Assembly: GCF_017876815.1 (NCBI RefSeq)
Contig: NZ_JAGIOS010000004.1
Coordinates: forward strand, 150,001-182,000
Source of the DNA: Sinorhizobium meliloti
GTDB lineage: Bacteria; Pseudomonadota; Alphaproteobacteria; Rhizobiales; Rhizobiaceae
Reading direction: 5' to 3'
DNA length: 32,000 nucleotides
Shown here: in pieces, positions 25,195 through 32,000 of the stretch
Numbering within the stretch: position 1 is the stretch's first letter
How the letters are laid out: each line of letters starts with the position of its first letter
Made by a program: the position numbers and the translations under genes
Notes under the pieces: model-generated
What the model saw: the letters and a program-made list of their open reading frames with translations, nothing else
Databases searched by the model: none
Told to the model about the DNA's origin: nothing

Positions 25195-25602
25195 TCACGT
25201 CGCAGCAAGGATCATCCCCTTCCAGAAAGACGGGGATGCACTCGATGGATCGGGATGGCCGCGGTGGCGGTCTCTTTCGGTGAGGATCTCATGTAAGGAT
25301 TCCTTTGCTCGTTTGTGAATTGTCCGCCATCGCATCCGTTTCGCGATCGTCAAGTCGAACCGAACTTGTATAGCGGCCAGAACTGACAATACCGACACGC
25401 CTGATGCCCTCCATTCCTTCAACGCTTCACCCATACCGGGAACGTCGGAGGAGACGCCAAGCAGCGCGCCCTTGTATCGCCCTGCCGCGATCTCGTAAAT
25501 CTTCGTCTTTGCGCCGATCGGATGCCTCCCGCTCCCGCCGCAAGTGGCGCGGCTGTCAGCGACCATAAGCCCCGTCTTGCGCTCGTAGGGGATGCAAGTC
25601 AT
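25195..25602 (-). pseudogene. Proteasome-beta/HslV-like Ntn-hydrolase gene, probably decayed after ~65 codons
   Basis: GGGAGGG lies 8 nt upstream of ATG 25602. MTCIPYERKTGLMVADSRATCGGSGRHPIGAKTKIYEI places Thr at mature position 1, Asp at 15 and Lys at 33. The remaining 135-aa ORF looks non-protein-like, while protein-like pieces appear in other frames down to about 24985. Confidence 0.4.
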
Positions 25603-25660
25603 TGGACCAGCCCTCCCTTGACGCGCTTCGGGCGCATGATGGTGTTCGTACTGAGTGAGC

Positions 25661-27121
25661 TCAATCCTCGCTTTGAGCCGGCACCAGGTCCTGAGCTTGC
25701 GGCAGGTCCTCTGTAAGGTCGGTGTCTTCAGCGTCCAGTGTGGGGATGAGAGCCAAAAAATCGCGGACCATGAAGTTCGGGTCGGACAGCGAATGGCTCG
25801 CCTGGATTAGCCTGTCAATCTGGCTCCCCTCGATATCGGGGAAGGCGTAGGCAAGGCAGCGGCTGAACTTGTCTTCGAGTTCTTCTTGCGAAAGAGGATT
25901 TTGTGGATTGCCTTTGGGCTTGGAAACTTCCCCGATCGTGCGCGTGCCGTCGGCCCACGTGATGTTGACGATGATAAGGCCATGCGCGCCGAGTTCAGCG
26001 ATCTCACAGGCAGGATCAACACGCGGATGAACCTTTTCACTCAGCTGCAATATTTCGGGCTGGGAAAGTGCATCCTCATCATAATCCTGGATGAAGACGA
26101 TGCCATTTTGCAGTCCGACCGCTACGGTATATGCCATGCCGAAACGGGCTTCGACCGGTGTCCGAGGCCTCCATTTCTGATCTGCGGGGGCGCATACAAG
26201 ATCGAAAATCTGCTGGTTCATTGCTATGTCGATACGCTCGACATCATCGGCGGAGATCGGGCGACCATCAGCAAGTTCGATAGCCAAAGCGGTGGCGGAG
26301 ATGTTGGGGCGGCAGGTCGGATAGGGCTTGTAGGCAATGTCATCATCACCTGCGAAATGCTCGCCGAGCCGATCCAACAGCGTCTCGGGTCGGGAACCGG
26401 GCTCGAAGGCGGAGAAAAGTCCGTATCGACCCGTCAAAAACTGACGCGCGCCTGTAAATCCTTGTTCGGCCAGGAGCACGGCGCGGACGGCATTGGATGC
26501 AACCAGACCTTGCTGGTAGGAAACAGTGGGGGCGCCTTCCACCATGCACTGCGCCTCTCCAAGCGCGGACGTGTAGGCGATACCCATGGCGGCGTGGAGC
26601 TGCTCTTGCGAAAGTCCGCGCAATCGTGCTGCGGCGGCCGCTGCGGCAATAACCTTGCTGAGGTCATATCGGCCACTTTCGAGAAGCGTTTCCTTTCTTG
26701 ATCGAGCCAATCGCGTTTGAAGATCTTGACCAATGGCCATAGCTGCCAGGAAATCACGGCCGAAGACCTTATCCGGGGACAAGGCAGCGATCGCGCAGAT
26801 GACGGGAAAGATAGCGACGCTGGGATGTATGCCCAACGGGTCGACGACATCATCGAAATCCAGAACGCGCGCAGCCGCGCCATTGAGCAGAGCCGCATCT
26901 GCCGGCGGCAGCTGGATAGCGGTGCCAAGTACCGGGCACTCAGGCGGCCCCCAGGTCTTCATCGCCTTTTGCAGTAACCGAACTTCGGGGCGCGTTTGTC
27001 CCGCCAGCGTCACGCCAAGTATGTCGAGCACCGATTGGCGTGCGGTTCGCATCGCCTGATCCGAGATCGAAGCGGTGGGAAAACTATGCGCATATTGGGC
27101 AAGAGCTTCTTCTACAGACAT
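25661..27121 (-). CDS. MmgE/PrpD-family protein (2-methylcitrate dehydratase / cis-aconitate decarboxylase family), 486 aa
   Basis: Full-length family-like sequence: ...ARQSVLDILGVTLAG..., LNGAAARVLDFDDV...HPSVAIFPVICAIA, AAAAAARLRGLSQEQLHAAMGIAYTSALG, KPYPTCR. The ATG is 8 nt after the BCCP stop. Confidence 0.88.
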   Translation of the reverse strand: MSVEEALAQYAHSFPTASISDQAMRTARQSVLDILGVTLAGQTRPEVRLLQKAMKTWGPPECPVLGTAIQLPPADAALLNGAAARVLDFDDVVDPLGIHPSVAIFPVICAIAALSPDKVFGRDFLAAMAIGQDLQTRLARSRKETLLESGRYDLSKVIAAAAAAARLRGLSQEQLHAAMGIAYTSALGEAQCMVEGAPTVSYQQGLVASNAVRAVLLAEQGFTGARQFLTGRYGLFSAFEPGSRPETLLDRLGEHFAGDDDIAYKPYPTCRPNISATALAIELADGRPISADDVERIDIAMNQQIFDLVCAPADQKWRPRTPVEARFGMAYTVAVGLQNGIVFIQDYDEDALSQPEILQLSEKVHPRVDPACEIAELGAHGLIIVNITWADGTRTIGEVSKPKGNPQNPLSQEELEDKFSRCLAYAFPDIEGSQIDRLIQASHSLSDPNFMVRDFLALIPTLDAEDTDLTEDLPQAQDLVPAQSED

Positions 27122-27129
27122 GATAAATC

Positions 27130-27687
27130 CTACTCTTCGTCGTGGGGGAGCAGTTCAAAGCGGGCAAGGATCTGTCCTGTCTCGACCGTTTGGCCGGGAT
27201 TGACGCACAGTTCGACAACCCGGCATGCCGCGCTTGCGGAAAGCGTCGAGATCACCTTCATCGCTTCAAGCTGAAGGACGGGCTGAAAGGGTGCGAGATG
27301 ATCGCCCGGTTTGACCAGGAGATCGTTCACAGCGCCGTGAAATGGTGCCCAAAGGCCGGTAGGGTCGGTATGCGCGAGTGCTGAGTGGCGCGTACGCGAC
27401 TTAGCGCCGATCGCATATTCCAGATAGTAGGCGTCCATTGAGATTGGGACGCTGCCGTTTGGCTGCCGCACATTTCCGATGGTGACAGTCCGAGGCAGGC
27501 CATCGATAACGAGGTGGAAGTGGTCCGCCACGGCATCTTTGCTTACCCCCAATAGCTCAACGCCGATCACGCCTTCAGCGACATGGGCTTCAAACTGGGT
27601 CGCGCTCGTGGATGTGAGAATTAAATCCCACTCCGAAACGATATCCGCTGGTCCGAAGGTGATGCCCTCAATTCGCCTGCCAACCAT
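27130..27687 (-). CDS. Biotin carboxyl carrier protein with ~110-aa N-terminal extension
   Basis: The C-terminal biotinyl domain is VKPGDHLAPFQPVLQLEAMKVISTLSASAACRVVELCVNPGQTVETGQILARFE. The start is taken at ATG 27687; the ORF is open to 27702. It overlaps the BC gene end by 20 nt. Confidence 0.8.
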   Translation of the reverse strand: MVGRRIEGITFGPADIVSEWDLILTSTSATQFEAHVAEGVIGVELLGVSKDAVADHFHLVIDGLPRTVTIGNVRQPNGSVPISMDAYYLEYAIGAKSRTRHSALAHTDPTGLWAPFHGAVNDLLVKPGDHLAPFQPVLQLEAMKVISTLSASAACRVVELCVNPGQTVETGQILARFELLPHDEE

Positions 27688-29155
27688 TAGGCACCCCCCC
27701 ATTGTTGACCCGTTGCCACTTAGACGCAGGGTTTGCCTGAACAGGGGACGAGGCGGTGGATGCAGCGAGATGTTTTTGCAGTGCCGCTGCTATTGCCACA
27801 TCGCGTAGCAGCGTAGTGGGCGCAGCATTGGGGACAAACGTCGAGGCGATGGAGAGGTCGTAGGTGCCAGCGACGAAATCTGGCTGATCGAGAAGCCAGC
27901 GATGAAAAATCAAGTTGGTGGGAAAGCCGGCAATTCGTGTTTCGCTCAGGGCCTGACGCGCGCGTCCGATCGCCTCCGTGCGGTCGCGTCCCCATATGAT
28001 AAGCTTGGCGCACAGACTATCGTAGCGGGATGGCTGTAGCGCGCCAGTCTTGATTCCAGCGTCAACCCGGACGCCGGGACCGGCGGGGAATTCGCAGGCC
28101 GAGACGGTGCCGCCACCCGGACGGAAGTCACGATGGGGATCTTCTGCACAGATGCGAAGCTCAATGGCGTGTCCGCGATGCGTCTCTTCGCCGACAACTT
28201 CCAGAGAATCGCCATTGGCGATCCGGAACATCTGCTCAACAATATCTACGCCTGTGATAGCTTCGGTCACGGGATGCTCGACCTGAATGCGGCCGTTCAT
28301 CTCGATGAAGTAAAAACGTGCCTCAGTATCGAGCAAAAATTCCACCGTGCCCGCACTTGTATAGGAAGCGGCTTTCGCAAAGGCGGTTGCTGCGGCGGAT
28401 ATCTCGTGCCGCAAGGCCGGAGGGATGCTGGGCGCCGGCGCTTCTTCAACGAGCTTTTGCCGCCGTCTCTGAACGCTGCAACCGCGATCACCAAGCGAGA
28501 AGACATTGCCCGATTGATCGGCCACTATCTGGATTTCGACGTGCCGGATATCGTCGCCCAGATAACGCTCGATATAGATTCCGGAACGGCCGAAAGCGAT
28601 GCGGCTCTCGAGATCGACTTCTTTCCAGGCGGTCTCAAGATTCTGCAGAGTGGTGGCAAGACGGATACCCCGCCCCCCACCTCCAGCGACGGCCTTGAGG
28701 AGAACGGGAAATCCGATCTCCTCAGCAAGGACGATGGCAGCTTCAAGCGTTGCGACCGCTCCACCAGGAATGACAGGGAGACCGGCGTCGCGGGCAAGAT
28801 CTCTGGCACGCACCTTATCGCCCGCCAATAGCAGTGCATCGGGATGGGGCCCGATGAATATCAGCCCTGCGCTCCCACATGCAGCTGCAAAATCAGCATT
28901 TTCCGCGAGCGGACCATAGCCCGGTGCAATGGCGTCCGCTTTCCAATTTTTTGCGATGGCAAGGAGTGCTTCGGGCGAGGCATAAGGGTTGGCCGCGTCG
29001 CTGCGGACCCTGTGATCTGCGGCAAGCACGAATGAAGCCTGTCTCTCTTCGTCAGTGTAGACCGATATGGTCTCGATGTTGAGCCTCTTGGCCGTGCGGA
29101 TAAACCGCAATGCAATTTCTCCCCGACAAGCCAGGAGGACGCGCTTGATCGTCAT
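27668..29155 (-). CDS. Biotin carboxylase (ATP-grasp) subunit of an acyl-CoA carboxylase, 495 aa
   Basis: MTIKRVLLACRGEIALRFIRTAKRL, GYGPLAENADFA, VLLKAVAGGGGRGIRL, RHVEIQIVAD, CSVQRRRQKLVEEAP and YFIEMNGRIQVEHPVTE are all present. There is no BCCP domain at the C-terminus. Confidence 0.95.
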   Translation of the reverse strand: MTIKRVLLACRGEIALRFIRTAKRLNIETISVYTDEERQASFVLAADHRVRSDAANPYASPEALLAIAKNWKADAIAPGYGPLAENADFAAACGSAGLIFIGPHPDALLLAGDKVRARDLARDAGLPVIPGGAVATLEAAIVLAEEIGFPVLLKAVAGGGGRGIRLATTLQNLETAWKEVDLESRIAFGRSGIYIERYLGDDIRHVEIQIVADQSGNVFSLGDRGCSVQRRRQKLVEEAPAPSIPPALRHEISAAATAFAKAASYTSAGTVEFLLDTEARFYFIEMNGRIQVEHPVTEAITGVDIVEQMFRIANGDSLEVVGEETHRGHAIELRICAEDPHRDFRPGGGTVSACEFPAGPGVRVDAGIKTGALQPSRYDSLCAKLIIWGRDRTEAIGRARQALSETRIAGFPTNLIFHRWLLDQPDFVAGTYDLSIASTFVPNAAPTTLLRDVAIAAALQKHLAASTASSPVQANPASKWQRVNNGGVPNGWQAN

Positions 29156-30402
29156 GAAGTCACCTCCACGGAAGGGACAACATCGCTGTGCCGCACATGC
29201 TGTCGCCCACGGCCAAGTTCGGTGTGGGCGCGCGTGAACTCTCCGGCACTAACGGCGCCGGCGACAGAAACCTCTCCCGCCAGTGCCACGGCGGCGGCGA
29301 TCTCGGCGAGTTTTCGCGCGTCATCCAGGCAATCAAGCATGGCAAGGCATTCGCGCTGTGCGGGAAGTTTCGTTCCTCCACCGACCGTGCCGACAAGGAC
29401 GTTGGGCAACGTGACACTGGCGACAAGATCACCGGCACCGTTGACCTCGAAGCAGGTACTGGCATTGCGGAAAGCAACGGTGGTGAACGCCGGATCCTGG
29501 CCGCAGGCGATAAAGAGCGCAGCGAGTGCATTGGCTATATGAATATTGGGGGCGGTCGCCCCTCGTTGGGACAGGACCAGGTTGCAGGCCAGCAAGAAGC
29601 GCCGCATCTTGTCTGGCGTGGACCTCACGCGGCGCTCGATAAGCGCGGCCGATATCGTGGCGCTTGCAGTGACGTAGCGTCCCTTCGCCTCATCGGGGAC
29701 AAAACGCTTGTCGCCACCTAGCGTGTTGAAATAGCCGGTGACCAGATCCCCGGCATGTTCCATGATATAGTGGCAGGCTGCCTCGTTGCCCTTGGTGGCC
29801 ATATTGAGGCCCATGGCGTTGTCAGTCTCGTAGCGGAAGGCGAGACCCACTATATCGCCCTGAAAGATCGGCGTTACCTCCTTGAGCCGGGCAAAACGGC
29901 TGGTCGCATTTGCTGTCTCCGAAAGACGAACGGCATGAGCGCGCAACCAGCTATCGAAGGAAGCAGCGTCGGCCGGAGATCGCAGGCAGATCGCGCTGAT
30001 CTTGGTGAGCGCATCTCCGCGAAACCGGTATGGGCTATCTGCTTCGTCGGGCGACCACTGATTGTCTGGCAGGAATGTCGTGACGCCTCCAGCCTCGGTG
30101 AGAAGCTGCATGCCTCGTGAAAAGGAGGCAACCAAGGCCCCCTCGGTCGTAGCGAGCGGGACGAAATAGTCTCCTTTAGCGTACTTTCCATGCACCAGCA
30201 GCGGCCCGGCAATTCCGACAGGGACGCCGACAAGGCCGAGATAGTTTTCGATCGTGCCCAGCAGTTGGTCCGGCTCTGTCGGAACGCTACCGAACAGATA
30301 TGGGTAGTCGCGCCCATGCATTTTCGAGAGCCAATCCTGGCGATAAGCCACTTGCTGCGGCGAGAAATCATTCTGGGGGTCGCGCGGGATCTTCACGATC
30401 AC
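29152..30402 (-). CDS. HMG-CoA reductase-family protein (class I-like catalytic domain), atypical
   Basis: IENYLGLVGVPVGIAGPL, VPLATTEGALVAS, DNAMGLNMATKG, GGDKR, FIACGQD, VGTVGGGT and LAGEVS are present. Start is GTG 30402, or more likely GTG 30396 (GGGAGG plus a 5-nt spacer). The stop overlaps the BC start (ATGA). Confidence 0.85.
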   Translation of the reverse strand: MIVKIPRDPQNDFSPQQVAYRQDWLSKMHGRDYPYLFGSVPTEPDQLLGTIENYLGLVGVPVGIAGPLLVHGKYAKGDYFVPLATTEGALVASFSRGMQLLTEAGGVTTFLPDNQWSPDEADSPYRFRGDALTKISAICLRSPADAASFDSWLRAHAVRLSETANATSRFARLKEVTPIFQGDIVGLAFRYETDNAMGLNMATKGNEAACHYIMEHAGDLVTGYFNTLGGDKRFVPDEAKGRYVTASATISAALIERRVRSTPDKMRRFLLACNLVLSQRGATAPNIHIANALAALFIACGQDPAFTTVAFRNASTCFEVNGAGDLVASVTLPNVLVGTVGGGTKLPAQRECLAMLDCLDDARKLAEIAAAVALAGEVSVAGAVSAGEFTRAHTELGRGRQHVRHSDVVPSVEVTS

Positions 30403-30408
30403 CTCCCG

Positions 30409-31869
30409 TCAGAGCTGGATGTTGGAATGTTTACGGCGCGGCGTACCGTCGATCTTGCTGGCAAGAAGGCAGAAGCTGGCTGCCAGAGTCGGTCGGATAG
30501 TGTCGGGGGGAAGCAGGGCCTCGACATAACCACGCCGGGCGGAATAGGCAGCGCTTGCATGAGCGTCGCGATATTCCGCTGCTAGCCTGGCCTTGTGCGC
30601 AATGGGATCCTCCGCCTCCGCGATCTGCCTGCGGAAGATGACGGCAACGGCGGCCTCGGGACCCATCACGGCGATTTCGGCATCGGGAAGAGCATAGGTG
30701 AGGTCAGTCGCCCAGCGATTGGCAAGCGTAGGATGGGCGCCTCCATATGCCTTGCGCAGGACCAGGGCGATCTTCGGGACGGTAGCCTCGCAGTAGGCGT
30801 GGAGCAGCTTTGCTCCCGCTCCAATAATCCCCCCCGCCTCCTGTTTGAGGCCAGGCAGGTAACCGGGAACGTCAAGAAGCGTGAGAATTGGAATGGAGAA
30901 GGCATCGCAGAAGCGTATGAACCGAGCAGCCTTCTCGGACGAGGCCACGTCAAGGCAGCCGGCAAGTACCTTGGGCTGATTTGCCACAATGCCGATAGTA
31001 AGCCCTCCCAGTCGGGCGAAACCGGTCAAGACATTGGGAGCAAACAGGCGATGCACTTCCAGGAAGTGTCGGTCATCGACGATTTCTCCGATGACGTCGA
31101 GGACATCGTACGGCTGCGTGGCAACTTGCGGAATGAGCTTTGCAATAGCGGAGGAACCGGAAACATCCGCTGGCTGTGAAGACGACTGTGAAACGCAGTT
31201 ATTCGCCGGAAGGAAACTCAAAAGCTCGCGGGCGATCTCAAGGGCATCGTCAACTGAATCTGCCAGGAAATGGGCGAGCCCCGTCGTGACTGCGTGAAGG
31301 ATGGGGCCGCCTATCTCTTCCTTGCTGACGATTTCCCCGGTCGCCTGCTTAATGACGGTTGGTCCTGTGAGAAACATGGTGGACTTGTCGCGTACCATGA
31401 TGATGAAGTCGGTGAGAGCCGGAGCGTAAGCGGCACCTCCGGCGCAATCGCCGAGCAGAATGGAAATCTGGGGAATGACGCCGGATGCCCGAACAGTTTT
31501 ATAGAAGACCTCTCCGAACTGGACGCCGGCATCGACGCCTTCGTGGATGCGAATACCCGAAGAGTCATTCAGGCCGAGGACAGGCATGCCGGCCTTGAGG
31601 GCCAGATCGAGTATCTTCGTTATTTTGAGTGCGTGCATCCGGCTGGAGCTTCCTCCCAGAAACGCAGCGTCATGGGCATAGATGCCGACTGGGCGGCCGT
31701 CGATCCGGGCATGGCCGACAACAAGTCCGTCACCCGAAACCCGGCGGCGGTCGGCGCCGAAATGAATGCAATCATGTTCGACCAGCGCGTCAATCTCGGC
31801 AAAGCTGCCGGGGTCAACAAGTTGATAGATGCGTTGCATTGAATTCGAGATGGGTGAGGCATCCGTCAT
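30409..31869 (-). CDS. Acyl-CoA carboxylase carboxyltransferase (beta) subunit, PccB/MccB-like, 486 aa
   Basis: LVDPGSFAEIDALV, GRPVGIYAHDAAFLGGSSSRMHALKITKILDLALKAGMPVLGLNDSSGIRIHEGV, VIPQISILLGDCAGGAAYAPALTDFIIMV and MFLTGPTVIK are present, with a second crotonase-fold half (GIVANQP...AEKAARFIRFCDAFSIPILTLLDVPGYLPG). Confidence 0.92.
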   Translation of the reverse strand: MTDASPISNSMQRIYQLVDPGSFAEIDALVEHDCIHFGADRRRVSGDGLVVGHARIDGRPVGIYAHDAAFLGGSSSRMHALKITKILDLALKAGMPVLGLNDSSGIRIHEGVDAGVQFGEVFYKTVRASGVIPQISILLGDCAGGAAYAPALTDFIIMVRDKSTMFLTGPTVIKQATGEIVSKEEIGGPILHAVTTGLAHFLADSVDDALEIARELLSFLPANNCVSQSSSQPADVSGSSAIAKLIPQVATQPYDVLDVIGEIVDDRHFLEVHRLFAPNVLTGFARLGGLTIGIVANQPKVLAGCLDVASSEKAARFIRFCDAFSIPILTLLDVPGYLPGLKQEAGGIIGAGAKLLHAYCEATVPKIALVLRKAYGGAHPTLANRWATDLTYALPDAEIAVMGPEAAVAVIFRRQIAEAEDPIAHKARLAAEYRDAHASAAYSARRGYVEALLPPDTIRPTLAASFCLLASKIDGTPRRKHSNIQL

Positions 31870-32000
31870 GGTCGTTGTCCAATCAGCTTTTTCTCTTTTT
31901 CGGGGGCATCACGTCCCCGACTGAATTCCGGCCTGGTGTCCGGGACTTCGTTTCTGAGGCTCGACTCGATTTGCTGAAGCAATTCGCGTCTCCGGGTCGA
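31866..32000 (-). CDS. 3' end (44 codons) of an unidentified upstream gene of the same operon
   Basis: The frame is open from the window edge: ...STRRRELLQQIESSLRNEVPDTRPEFSRGRDAPEKEKKLIGQRP-stop. Its TGA overlaps the CT start (ATGA at 31866-31869). It is too short to assign a family. Confidence 0.5.
   Translation of the reverse strand, partial: STRRRELLQQIESSLRNEVPDTRPEFSRGRDAPEKEKKLIGQRP

Overview
GC-rich alpha-proteobacterial accessory DNA that resembles a Rhizobiaceae (Sinorhizobium/Rhizobium-type) plasmid. It carries a repA-like gene, an ISRm3-like IS256 element, an ISRm2011-2-like IS630 element, an RmInt1-like group II intron and a y4hA-like cation antiporter. This taxonomic call is inferred from remembered families, not from a search. 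The first ~25 kb is a graveyard. It holds IS elements or IS fragments from several families (IS256, IS630 x2, IS5 x3, an ISNCY/IS5-like element, IS66, an rve-type remnant), some nested or joined by deletions, plus a full-length group II intron. Many host genes here are truncated or frameshifted: an ABC ATPase, a ParE toxin, a thioredoxin-fold protein, the groEL 3' end, a LysE exporter, an amino-acid binding protein and ETF-QO. Few non-mobile genes are intact: DUF736, a CaCA antiporter, an RHH antitoxin, a RepA/ParA homologue with a destroyed ATPase site, an AT-rich GntR regulator, a CmoA-like methyltransferase-fold protein and an alanine-racemase-fold PLP enzyme. The stand-out is 25.6-32.0 kb on the minus strand, a translationally coupled operon that runs off the window. 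It encodes a split biotin-dependent acyl-CoA carboxylase (CT, BC, BCCP) with an HMG-CoA-reductase homologue between CT and BC, an MmgE/PrpD-family protein at the end, and then a decayed proteasome-beta/HslV-like gene. I do not recognise this combination as a described pathway. No rRNA, tRNA or CRISPR array was seen.
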